Assembly (NCBI GenBank): GCA_000442015.1
Contig: KE560729.1
Location: 1 to 49,722 of the forward strand
Direction: 5' to 3'
DNA: 49,722 nt
Origin: Rozella allomycis CSF55
Lineage: Eukaryota
The translations under genes and the position numbers were made by a program. The notes beneath the pieces were generated by a model. That model was given only the letters and a program-made list of their open reading frames with translations. It searched no databases and had not been told where the DNA came from. Shown here one piece after another: positions 26,940 through 38,906 of the stretch (its first letter is position 1; each line of letters opens with the position of its first letter).

Positions 26940-27657
26940 TTAGATTGTTTCCTTCCTTCTAATCTTGCTCTGAACAATAGCCTCGGTCGCCTCTAGCATG
27001 CCTCTCTTTTTGGAATTCCAATCATTAAACTCCAAAATATTTGCCGCTCCCATTTGAAACACTATTATGTCTCATTAATTTTCATACTATCCTTTTCTGT
27101 ATTGTCTAAGCGCAAATAAAAGGAGCTTGATCGGTCATTAGGAGTACTAAAACACCGTTTTGCAATTTCATTTATTCTGGTGGAAAACGCTTTGGCGACA
27201 ATATTTGCAAGTTCTATATCATTCGAATACCATTATTTGTCATCCCAATATTTTACTTTTTGATGAATGTAAAACTAAAGAGAAAATAAAAGGGACAGTA
27301 ATTGTTTAAAGGCATTGATTCCGGAGATACCTTGAGATCTTCTTGTACTTTTGTCCCTAATATCTTTGGAAGACGAAAATCAACGAGTTCACTCTTTACA
27401 AAATCTATTGAATATTACTGTTCTTGTAGCGTTTCTATTAGCCACAAAGGTATGTCTACTTCCATTGTTTCCTTTTTATAAGTGTTTGAATATAATACTG
27501 CAGTATTGCGAACATTTTCTTCTTTAAATAATGACATGAAAGATAGTAGTTCTTCTTCGGGCACACATTGGCATTTCTATAAAAATTTGATTATTAAATC
27601 TACCATATCTTCAGCAAGAAATAGATCGATATCAAAGTAACGATCGTTAGCATCCAT
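26940..27657 (-). CDS. PSF3: GINS complex subunit Psf3
   Basis: YFDIDLFLAED, VDIPLWL, ELANIVAKAFSTR, FYLRLDNTEK. Requires the non-AG intron 27231-27256. Confidence 0.85.
27231..27256 (-). other. Non-canonical GT-TG intron (26 nt) in PSF3
   Basis: AAA AA|gtaaaatattgggatgacaaataatg|G TAT TCG AAT. Read-through hits TAA and the nearby AGs are out of phase. Confidence 0.7.
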
Positions 27658-27800
27658 TCAAGAAAAATTGTCAGCCACCTGCCTAGAAAACATTCACTGT
27701 ATTTTAAAATAAACCATTACAAACTATATTTATTAAAGATGCTTATGTAATATAAATTTAGCTATATGTTCGACGTGGATTAACCTAGCCACGTTTCCGT

Positions 27801-28586
27801 ATGAAATTTTTAGCATTACTGACATTCTTCACCGCTCTTTACAAGTGTTCCGATATCGAGGATGAATTTGAAGGAGAAGCCGAACAACCATTACAAAAGT
27901 TGCAAATAACTGCCAAGGGAATATTCCCTAGAAATCCATTTGGAAGTAAGTGATATTTTATATTTTAAAGAGACCTTGTTTCTGGTGAAAAAACTGATAT
28001 GTTAATTGGGTTTGACAATCAAAGTGCAGAACCTGTGTCAGTACTTGGAGTGAGGGGTAGTTTCCACAGCCCTGAAAATCAAAACCATGTTCTAAGCAAT
28101 GTACCAAATTTTCATAATTTTTTTGTAGTTGACTTTTTCTAGAGTGGAAGCATTGTTGCTGCCAAATTCACAAACGACTGTCAAGTACACTTTTATGCCC
28201 GAGATCGGTGAGCAAGACGTGCGATTTATTGCGACTGCATTCATTGCTGGAGGGAAGGTAGCTTTATTTTAATTCAACGAATTAGGCTGAAGAAATTCAA
28301 CAAATAACTGTTTATGATGATGTTATTAAAATTGTTGAATCAACATCTGGTTTTGACTTTCAAATGTAAACCTTCTGCGATTTATTTAGCTAGGGCATTT
28401 TTGTACTTGATGGGATGTGTTATTTTAGGATTTACTTTTGTCTCTTTGAAAAGCACTTACATGCCACAAATTGTAAAACAAGAAAAGGTTGAACGTAAAC
28501 CGCAAGCGCCAACTACATTGGACACTGACTGGCTTCCAACTGAACTTCAACGCAAGAAAGAAAAGGTTAGGGGAAGAAAAGCTTAA
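27801..28586 (+). CDS. Translocon-associated protein alpha (TRAP-alpha/Irc22-like)
   Basis: Signal peptide, acidic stretch, FPRNPFG..LVSGEKTDMLIGFDN, single TM, DTDWLP and a basic tail; 4 introns. Confidence 0.8.
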
Positions 28587-28601
28587 ATAAAAGAATTAAA
28601 T

Positions 28602-29876
28602 TTATTGTTCAATTTTTGTCTTTTTTGAATCGTTGGATTCGGTTGGTTCTTCATTTTCTTTACGTTTGATTGACTCATCATTCTTTGGTTTCTTTTTGAT
28701 CAAATTGCTTAAATCGTTTATTGGAATTTGATTGTTTGAAATTTTTGGAAAAGTTTCTTCCTTCAATTTGGAATTGGCTTGTTCAAGCGATGACTTTAAA
28801 TCTTCAATCTATTTTTATTATTCAAAATATTTATTTTACTTTTGCTTCAAGATCAGGAAAAAGAATTTCTAAATCTTGAATTTCTCTATTAATCGAATCT
28901 AAATCTAAGTTTTCTTCAGTAGCCTTTTCTTTTCCTTTTGAGTTTTCCAATTCATTTTTCTTTTTGGAAAATTCTTCTTTTCTCTTGGTTAATTTTTCAA
29001 GGGCAACTTTCATATTTTCAATCGCTTCATTAAAGTTATTGTCATATTCAAGAGCCAAAGCTTTCTTAAAATAAAGTTCGGCAATTTCTCTTTCAACATC
29101 CTTTTGAATTGATTCTTTCAATTTAATAGCATTAGAAAAATCTTCTTCTGCTTGCTTGAAGTTTTCTATTAAAAATGCGTAAAATTGGTTACCATTTTCA
29201 ATTGAAATTTCTCCCAAGGCAGCATGAACATCAGCCAACTTCAATTTATTTTCATCTCCTTCCATTTTCTCTAAAATAACTCTGGCGACATCAAGAACTT
29301 CCCAAGCCAAATGAAAATCATCAGCTGGCTCTTCAATGTTTTGTTCATCTTCACCTTCTTGAACTTCTTCACCCTCTTTGCTTCCTTCAATTTCTGGCTC
29401 TTGGTCTACTTTTTCATTATCTTCTGAAGTTCCTTTTTCCTCCTGTTTTTGATTTACATTCTCTTCAGTTCTTTCATCTTCAAAGTCAATAACTTTGGCT
29501 ACAGCTTCAATTAACTTGTCTTGTCCAGCGGCTTCTTTAAAATCTTCATTAAGTAATGCGGAATTCTCAATGGCATATTTTAACAATGCCATTCCATACT
29601 CATAATACACTTCTACGCATTCAGGAGCAAGTTGTCCATACTTTTCAGTTCTATAACCAATTAAATAATATCTTACATTTCTTCAAGTGCATCGGAAAAA
29701 CTCTCTATGGCTGACTCCAACTCTCCCGTCTTTAAAAAGTCCCTTGCCAATTCAAGAAACGACTTTTCTTCTACAGAAACTGTTTCTTCTTGATTTTTCA
29801 CCACAGTACTCACATCTTTAACATTTATCACAGTGTCAGCGCCTTCCTCGCTAGCTTTAACATTTTCTGAAGTCAT
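28602..29876 (-). CDS. Histone chaperone NASP/Sim3/Hif1 (SHNi-TPR)
   Basis: YGQLAPECVEVYYEYGMALL, acidic insert, DDFHLAWEVLDVAR, LGEISIENENF, C-terminal NDLSNLIKKKPK. Confidence 0.9.
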
Positions 29877-30049
29877 AGTTGTGCAGGGGTTCTTTCCCGC
29901 CAAAGTGCGCAACATGCTCCAGACTTTTGATAAAGCGTACATTTTTTAAAAAAAGAGCTATAAATAGAATGATAATCTATTCTTAATAGTCCATTTATTC
30001 ACGGTGGCTTGTATTCATCGCACTCTAACCAAACACCTTTGTATATATA

Positions 30050-30244
30050 ATGAGCACTACTCCTACACGGGACATGATTTTTGATGCCTTGATGACCGAA
30101 ATTGAACAAACCATTCATTCAGTTGAAGAGAGATTTTGTGAGAATAGACCAGACTATTGTCAAAAACAGAAAAGAGCTAGACAACAGAGTCTTTTACCGA
30201 GGATAGCTAAAGTTCCAATGCATCCAGCTCCATATCGATCCTAA
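30050..30244 (+). CDS. Small hypothetical protein (64 aa)
   Basis: ATG-initiated ORF filling an otherwise unusually long intergenic gap, with AATAAA immediately after the stop. Confidence 0.45.
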   Translation: MSTTPTRDMIFDALMTEIEQTIHSVEERFCENRPDYCQKQKRARQQSLLPRIAKVPMHPAPYRS

Positions 30245-30299
30245 TCAATAAATTAACTTGACATTTAGCATTGACGATTTTAGAAATTTCTAGATTCCA

Positions 30300-31344
30300 A
30301 TGGACGAATTTCTTTCCCTTTTAAACGATAAAAATATTTACGAAGCGCATCAACATTTCATATCTACATGTATGAAGTAAAATTATTGTTATACATACAT
30401 GCAGATTGGAAAGAAAGAAAAAATACCAAGAGTCATTCAACTTGATGATCGAAGGATTAAAGGCTTTAATTGAAAAGAAAGAACATCAAAGTGCCAAAGA
30501 TATTTTTATTCGTATATTTACAATGGCAAAGAAATATGATTACAATATCAGTGCGTTTNCTTGATGATCGAAGGATTAAAAGCTTTAATTGAAAAGAAAG
30601 AACATCAAAGTGCCAAAGATATTTTTATTCGTATATTTACAATGGCAAAGAAATATGATTACAATATCAGTGCGTTTGAAAACGATCTCGTAAATGCAGC
30701 ATCCGCTCTTCCTGCTTCTATAGATGTTACGAATTATCTCTTATCGTAAAACACGTTTTTTAATATTTTCTAGGATATTTAAGACAAACGAGGCATATAA
30801 AACTATTGCACAGTCTTGGATTAACGGTAATATTATCTAAATTTACCATACTTTAGCGGCGGATTTTAAGAAAGCGTCAGAAGCTATAGTTAATGTTAAG
30901 GATTCATATAATTTGCTTGCACCGCATATTGACTCTATAGAAATTGATTTAATTATCGAAATAATCCTCAAGTACTTACTTTTTGTTGACTTTAGAAGGT
31001 ATACATGCAATCAAAATTTGAATGATGCATACATGCTTACTAGGCTAGCACTAAGCAAGTTTCCTATTAACGATACGTTGTCGTCTGATGACATGGTACT
31101 ATCATCAAGTAGCCAGCCATTGCTGAACTTTGCTCAATTATTTTTGCTTTGCATTGAAAGAAATAATGTTGCTCAATTAAAATCAGTGATAAATCATTAC
31201 AGCCAAGAAATTGAAAATAAGAAATGGAAGGCTTTAGTTACTTCTATCGGTCACAAGTACTTTTCAATCAATTTATTTCCAAACGCAGCTAATCAAGTTA
31301 ATCCACTGGCTAATATAATGAGCCAGCTTTTGTCTGGTAAATAA
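30300..31344 (+). CDS. GET4: Golgi-to-ER traffic protein 4 (contains an N-flanked ~118-nt assembly duplication)
   Basis: IYEAHQ, PLLNFAQLFL, IGHKYF and C-terminal NPLANIMSQLL. Confidence 0.8.
30441..30678 (+). repeat. ~118-nt direct duplication flanking N30559 inside GET4
   Basis: Near-identical copies on either side of the N. Confidence 0.85.
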
Positions 31345-31412
31345 AATATAGAATATTTATTTTTTCCTAGTTCGCTTGCATACCGTTGACCGTTGTCAAG
31401 TTGAAAAATATC

Positions 31413-34400
31413 ATGAAATCAAATGAGAGAATTAATCAATTTAAAGTTTACTCGGGTATATCAGGCATTACTTCAATGTCATTAATGGCACTAAATGAGG
31501 TCCAAAATACTCATAGCGTAGAATCGAATATAAACTTGGATGAAAGGAATGAATTGCAGCAAGTACGAGCAGAAGTAGAAGAAGTTATGTTCCCTGAATT
31601 CCCATTTGTACCAAGAAAAAACGATGTTAGATCTTACACCAATTTTCAAAGTAAAAAAGTCAAAGAAGTTACTGACATTATCAAGGAAATTGAATCCAAG
31701 AAGAAATCTATTGAAGACGACATAATTGTTTCACAGTTGGGACAATCGCCTGGAAAAGATGTATTGGGATTCTTAGATATAAAAAGTCTCGAAGAAGAAC
31801 TGATACCAGAAGATTTCCGGCCAAAATACATAAAGCTGGATTCTGAAGATGAGACACCAGAACCGAATTTTGAAATTCTATCAGAATCCGATATAGACAA
31901 TGGATTTCTTCCTCTCATTGATCAGCATCGAATACCTATAGGATCTGATTTGTCTAACGGATTTAAGAATTTCAAACCACCTGTTCAAGTTCAAAAAATT
32001 AACTTATCACACAAAGTTACAGCAAGAAGAAGTACTATTGCTATTACTAAACGGCAGTTAACGAGATTAAATTCATCAATATCCATATCTGAGAGAATAG
32101 AGAGATTGAGATCAAGTGGAGACTTTGGGTCAGCCATTTTTGAGGCCATGAATGTTTCATATGTTCCTAAGCGATCAAAAATACTAGAAGTCATGCATGG
32201 ACACTATGAAGAGCGACAAGATAAAAATAAGAGAATCTTTATGGAAAAGCTATCGGAATATGAAAAAATAAAGACATCAATGCCTATGTTAAAGTTGGAT
32301 GATAAAACAATCAAGGAAATACAAGTACCAAAGCGTTATTCCAAATATTAGAATTATTTGAAGCCAAACACTGATGAGATTATTGAAACCAGCAAGATTG
32401 ATTATGAAAACTATGATGTTCCTGGGACGCCGCCCTCATCCCCTGTTGTGGACGAAGAGACGTTGGATGATAATGATGCCTCTACCGTTTCGGATAAAAA
32501 GATCACTAAAAATAACACAGTAAAAAGCAATATTAATATATAATGATCAAAATTGTTCCAGCACATAGAACTGACAAAAATGATGACTCAAACGGGAAGG
32601 ATTTCACGTAATTTTGAGATTAATTTGTTTACAGTGTTAAAGAGTTCTTAATCGCAAATGGCAAAGTAATTGAATCTTTGCCCCCTTTCATTGCATTCAA
32701 ACAAAAGAATATACAAAAATGGGGCCCATTACTTTGTATCATCCAAGACATGGAAAAGCTCTTAACAAAATACTCGGTTCCGCTTTGCCAAGTCGACTGT
32801 AAAAAGTTGGAGATGCTAGCAGCCAGATTCTGGATGGAGAAACCAACAGACAAACATTTGATTTCTACGTTTGTAAATGCAAATCAAGTAGAAACAATAT
32901 AATTGTTTTACAAGGTCGAAAAAATAATCCGTACACCTGGCAATCTTTACAAATCTAATGACCGAGATAATAACGCTCTGCTTAAAATCCAAGCGACTTG
33001 GAGAATGTACAAGTGTAGACAATGGTATTTGGATCAGCTCAATAGAAAATCTGCAGCTGCTATATTTTTAAGATATTTCAACGCAATTAAAAATAAGAGA
33101 TATTCGCGCGAGCGTTTGGAGGTACCCCAATTTACGCATCCTGACCCAGCAAAGGAAAGCGGAAATTAGGACAGTTTATAAATCTGTTCAAGCAGAGTAT
33201 TACGCGGGGAATAATTTTTACTTGAAATACGAGTAATTAGCTTGCATTGTTTTAGAAAGCCTCTTATTTCATTTTATTGTTCCGCCTAAAAGCGCCCGAC
33301 AGCAAACACACTTTGAAGAATTCTGCAGGGATTGTATTGTGCCGTATACATCTATGTAAATTAATCCTGTAATAGTTATAGATTGACTGATCTTATTGAC
33401 AAGGCGAAAAAGCTCGTCATTATTTGCAGTTTTGAGATTCCAGAGTCTATATTGAGTATCTACAGAAATATATTACGTAAGCTAATCCGGCGAGTTTTTT
33501 AGAATATCATGGTATAAAAATGGATGAAAATGTCATATGGATAATGCCAGAAACGCTAATGTATTACCCTAAATATTCTAGTGTTATTGCTGCGATGGAG
33601 ACAAGTGATAGAACTGTGAAAAAGATATGCGAATTAGCAAATTCTGTTTCTAATAAGTTAGCATTAACCGGGAAATTGTCTACAAAGGAAGCAAATCTCG
33701 TGAATGTAAATAATCCGTATTAAAATTGTTAGTCTATTGATGTACCGTTCTTTGCACCAGACGTCTATTTAAATCCTTTGTCAAATAGAGTACAAGTGAT
33801 GGAATTTTTGCAAAAACATGGACTTCCAACCTTACCTTATCAAATATGCACACCCAAAACAGAAGAGGATATCTTTGCATGCTTAAATGAAATAAGAGAG
33901 AAGCATCCAAATTATCCCAGGTAAATTGAAAATTTGACTAATAGTTGATGGTGTTTGAAGATTAATGACTTTGATAGTTGTGGCATCGCATACATCAGTA
34001 ATTGTTCCAATCACATTAAACTTAGATTCGTCATCTTTGGATGAAAAGATATACTTAGATATGGCGTTTTGTCATATAAAATTTAACAATTTAAGAGAAT
34101 ATTTGATTGCAAGTGGGAAGGACCCGCTCATAATTCAAGCCAGTCCTCACTTGTTTGGTGGTTTGGCTTGTGCATTGTTTCTGGTCATTTATCCGGACAA
34201 AAATTTTAAAATTGAAGGCATGGTTGATCTTATTTTCAAGGAACCATTCGATGCCATTGGTTTCAGAGCGCCATCGTCTGCTACGATACCTTTGGAATTT
34301 ATAGAGAAATTATGCTTGTCCTTATATGAAGAGGGTATAATTGGGTCTGTCACCGTGGAGTTTGTTCTTAAAGAAACATCTAGTGATCCATTCGACACAG

Positions 34401-35707
34401 AATTTGTTATAGTGGACATTAAACCATATTTGACAATGAATCATGCGGATTTTAACTTTTGTTTATCGATTTTATTTGCCAAGTTCTACGACAATAAAAT
34501 TGAATCATATTATGATCCCAACAAGAAAAAGTCGACAGTTTATCTTAATAGAGTTAACAAATTGGATAAGGTAACCTTTTTCTTGTATAATAGAAAGTCT
34601 TTATTAAAAAAGAAAGGAGATGATCAAGATGCAAACATTTATTTCATCTTCATAAAGAATTTAATGCATTCATATTTACAGCTTACCAACTCGTCTGTGA
34701 ATCACTCGATCATGTCAGCAAATGGATTAAGTTTGGAACAAAATGTAAAACTTTACACGCCAATATTTTAGAGCAGACATGGTGTGTTTTTAAGACCTAC
34801 AACAGATCCCAAAAAGTATGACTTGCTTTGCTCGACAGGCGGGATGCTAGATTGTTATACCAAAACTGTTCTGGCTCTTAAAACCTTGCATTATATATAC
34901 TCTTCGGAACTGCATCCCGGAGAATCAAACTTAATGGACCTTTACGTCGCCCTACAATTTTCCTATCAAATAAAGTCCTGTACAAACAGCCCACCAGTTG
35001 AATTAGAAAGAAGCAAAAGTTCAGCGACAAGCACACCAAAGGTTACTCTGTCAAGAAAATCATCGGCAATTGGAGAGTCAAGTTTAAAACGCTCAGGAAT
35101 TGGTAGCTCTTTAAAGAAGGTTCAATTAATGAATAACTATTTTCACGATATTGCAGAGATTCTTTTCGCGATAGACAAGAATGAAGATTCATCACAGATA
35201 ATGAAAAACGAGACGCAATATCAGAAAGTATCAGAATTTTGGAAGTCAGTAAATGTCCTCAAGAGCAAAGTCAAGGAATTAAAAAAGGAAAAGAAATCAG
35301 ATAAAAAGATGAGTCTGGAAGTAGAAGAAATTTCAATAGCGCCTCGATTATCAGTGAGTATGGCTAGAAGAAGAACATCAATGAACCCCGAGTCAGAAAA
35401 ACTTCATGGATCAATAGTAAAATGGCTTGTTGAAGAAGATCAAAACGATATCTACGACAGGTTGCCTAAAATAAATAAAAATACGTCGATAGTCGCGTCT
35501 GTAATACCAGAGACACATGATGACTCTGCAGAATCAGAAAAGCCTTTATCGTTTAGAGAAATACCTCAAAGAAGAGGATCTATAATAGATGAATCTCAGT
35601 TAACTTCTAGACGGACATCCTCTATTCGTGACGGAGCTAATGAGTTTACAAAGACTACAGTTGTAAGAAGAAAGAGCTTGTCCTCTGTGTCATCGCTTAA
35701 AGAATAG
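31413..35707 (+). CDS. IQCH: IQ motif-containing protein H-like (flagellar-associated)
   Basis: WGPLLCIIQDMEKLLTKYSVP, IQ motif KIQATWRMY, RWCLKIND..GIAY and IIGSVTVEF; ~13 introns, two of them non-AG. Confidence 0.75.
32520..32545 (+). other. Probable GT-TG intron (26 nt) in IQCH-like gene
   Basis: AAC ACA|gtaaaaagcaatattaatatataatg|ATC AAA. Read-through stops, and the first in-phase AG would need an 80-nt intron. Confidence 0.55.
33921..33947 (+). other. Non-canonical GT-TG intron (27 nt) in IQCH-like gene
   Basis: CCC AG|gtaaattgaaaatttgactaatagttg|A TGG gives PRWCLK. Using the TAG at nt 24 gives AGT TGA (stop). Confidence 0.75.
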
Positions 35708-35732
35708 ATTAGAATAAAGGCATATTATTGAT

Positions 35733-37193
35733 TTATTTATTGATTATATAGGCGTATACACCAACACTGATGGATAAAAGGGTCAATATTCCAAGGCCTT
35801 GATATGGGTTGATCTAATTGACGTGCTAACTAATTCATACTTGATATCCAGATTGGGTTTTCAACAATTTCACTTGATTTCTTAATTCAAATTCATTTTT
35901 CTCCAAAGAAGATATTTTGTTCTTGTATTCTTCTAAAAGTTTATCTTTTAGATCCTCATTGACTTTAAGCTTGGAAATGTCTTCTTGGGAACTCTTATAT
36001 TTCTCATCAAACTCATCTATGTTATAAAAGAATTTGGGTTATTACTGTTTATCTGTTTCATAGTATTTTTTAAGAGAATCAATTCTTTTTCGCTGGCTTC
36101 CAATTTCACAACTGCATCATGATATTGTTTTTGAAATTTCTCAATTGATTTAGACAATTCTTCAGAAGATTTTTTGATGGTTTCTTCATGCTTGGCTTTA
36201 AGTGATTCAATTTCTTTATTCAGAACTAAAACTTGAGCTTTGAATTTCTCTGAATTCTTCTTTTCTTCAGATGCATTGTTCGTTAATTTAGAGATATTTG
36301 CTTTTAGAGACTCAATTTCAGATTCCAAACTTTTTTTCGTGATCTGTTGCCATTGCAATTATTTGTTACTTGGGATTGGGAAAGTTTATCTTTAAGATCT
36401 TTGTTCTCCTTGACTAATTTTTGATTCTCTTTTTCAGTTCCGCTGTACTTTTTAATTTCTTCCTTCAATGTCTTCAATTCATCTATGAATGAATCTTTTT
36501 TAATCGTGGCTAATTTATCATCTTCAATCACAACAGATGCGTCATTAAGAATAGTCTTTAATGTCCCTTCCAATTCTCCAAGTTTCTGGTCATGTTCATT
36601 TAATTTTTTAATTTGTTCTGATGATATTACGTCGTCTTTCATTTCTACATTCTTTGCTGGGATTATGTGAACAACGCAATCTATTCTACTATAAAGAACT
36701 ATCTTTATTAACGCAATAAATTACGCGATGATTCTTCTTCTTGATAAATGTCTACACCCAGAGTAAGCTTATCTCCTTCTTTCAACTCTACAGGTTCACT
36801 TTCTTCACCTTCTTGACTCAATCGATTTCCATTAAGAAATGTCCCATTGCTAGATTTAGTATCCTTTATGAATATCTATCATGGATTAATAATATTTTCA
36901 TTTACTTTTCCATGTTCATCGGCAGATATCAAGGCATGGTTCCTTGAAAGCACCTTGTTGTCAAAATATCCATTCTCTGATGTCGGTGCTGTCTTTGAAG
37001 ATATTTGTCGTCCAAGAACAATCGGCTGCGATAGTACAAGAACCTTTTCTTCAAATGAATTGTTTGTTGATTCCAAAATTACTGCGGGATTGGTAGGTGC
37101 GCTAGAGTATGTAAACGTTTTATTTTGCTTTTTGGATCCTGATAAACTGCATTTATTCTTCATACCCTTTTTCTTGCCAACGTCAGTGTCCAT
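35733..37193 (-). CDS. FHA + coiled-coil tail-anchored STRIPAK protein (SLMAP/Far9/Far10-like)
   Basis: LGRQ..NGYFDNKVLSRNHA, DTKSSNGTFLN, long coiled coil, C-terminal TM GLGILTLLSISVGVYAYII. Confidence 0.88.
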
Positions 37194-37226
37194 CGTGCCA
37201 ATTTCAGAATTTCTTAAAATTCGGAA

Positions 37227-37780
37227 ATGGACTTTGTGATTCCAGAGGGATTTGCTACAGTAGAAGTCGGGATTTACCGCTCATCTCCTCTAAATAATAC
37301 ACATTCAAAGTATATTCAATCACTCAACCTTAAAACATGCGTTTCATTGTCCATGGATGCAATAGCCAAGAATTTTGTGTCATTTTTTGAAGAAAACAAA
37401 ATACAACTAGTATTTATTAACATGTGACATTAAAGATTAATATATCGCGAGAATCTTGGAAGGCTAACCATGATTGGAAGCCTGTAATGGAAGAACTAAT
37501 CAAGGATAGTCTGGAGATTATTTTAAAGGATTCAAGTCATCCTGTACTAATTGTGTCCTCATCATCTGATGTTTCTGTAGTGATTGCATGCCTTAGGAAG
37601 ATGCTGAATTGGAACTTTTCAAGCATAATAATAGAAGTAAAGTTTTAACAAGGAATTGAATAGTACAGATTTTTTACAAAAGTGAAAAACAGAAACAGGG
37701 AAGAGCAGTTCATTGAACAATTTGACACTGATCTAGTCACAGTGATTGAAAAATCAACACTAATGGAAAGATATTCTTAA
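37227..37780 (+). CDS. Siw14/Oca-family phosphatase-like protein, catalytically degenerate (Oca2/Oca4-like)
   Basis: PEGFATVEVGIYRS, HPVLIV, VVIACLRK..WNFSSIIIEYRFF, EQFIEQFD; no CX5R cysteine. Confidence 0.85.
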
Positions 37781-37790
37781 AACATAAAAA

Positions 37791-38767
37791 CTATTTAATT
37801 CTATTTCTTTCAGCAATCAAAATGCGCTGGAATACAATTTCTATCGTCTCGTTTGTAGTCAAGTTTTTCAAAGCCTATTATTTCAAACAATAAACCGTAC
37901 CAGCTCTACATCAGCTTCAAGTTGGCACGATTCAATGCCATCGAGATACTCGTCCATCGGAATAATCTGCTCCCATCTTGAATGTTTCTGCACGGATTTC
38001 GACACAATCGTCAGTTCATCCTCCAATTCTGCACCATCGTCTACATCATCCAGCGGCGTCCAAACCGTCAGTTTCCTATAATCTCACCAACTACCCACGT
38101 ACGTTTTAATAATCTTATAATCATGCCTCGAAGCATTGTTAATCTGCAAAAACAAATCCACATTGCTCTGCTGCGTCGTATTAGGTCTCGCCGCCCACAT
38201 AATTGGCAATACAGAACACTATTATATAACCGAACAATCATCATACACAAACATCTTTACATACACGTTTATACAGAAACGAATAGTCCAAACAAGTTCT
38301 CGCAAGGTACTCAAACATCAGCGAATTGCAATGCACATTCTCCGGCACATTATTACTAATCGGACTAAACGGATACACCATCCTTGCCGACACTATCTCT
38401 CCTCTACAAGCTTCTTACCAAACGACGGCCTCTGTGTCTTTAAATTCCACGTCAAATAGTACCTCATCCGATCGCACTGCTCATACTCTTCCGGCTCGAG
38501 TTCGCAGTTATTGACAACGTATGGGTAAAAGCTTTTCAGAATAATGTCGCGTCTGCCTGGGTAAACGGAATAATGCAATGTACCGTCTGTGGTGTGGATG
38601 AAATTGGTGCCGAATGCCAATGGATTTTTCTGTTTGGCGACCGTGTGGCCGACTATGCTGAGGGATGATTTTTTGGAGCGCTTCGGACGCAGTGTGGAGT
38701 ATTGGCGTAGGATGCTGATCATTTGGAGTGGGTTGTGGAATGCCGACAGGGGTTTAGATGGAATCAT
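37791..38767 (-). CDS. Mitochondrially targeted protein, divergent POLDIP2/PDIP38-like (YccV-like + ApaG-like)
   Basis: Four 26-28 nt introns give a continuous ORF with a presequence-like N-terminus and several blocks colinear with POLDIP2 (recalled alignment, not a search). Confidence 0.55.
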
Positions 38768-38906
38768 GGAGAGAGGGGTTCAAAGGAACAATTTTATGGA
38801 ATTATTTATAATAGAATTGTGAAAAGAATGTTGAATATTCATTAACATGACTCGCATTTTTATAGCACTTTATATAGGCACCAATTCTCTATTTATTTAC
38901 ATTTGA

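Noticed and set aside
33941-33950. TGA recoding (alternative genetic code) as the explanation for the IQCH in-frame stop
   Set aside because: TGA terminates other genes here (HECT, MFS), and the other five anomalous junctions are frame problems that recoding would not fix.
10983-38767. Functional clustering of Pol eta with the POLDIP2-like, ATRIP and GINS genes
   Set aside because: They are separated by many unrelated genes, consistent with chance in a compact genome.
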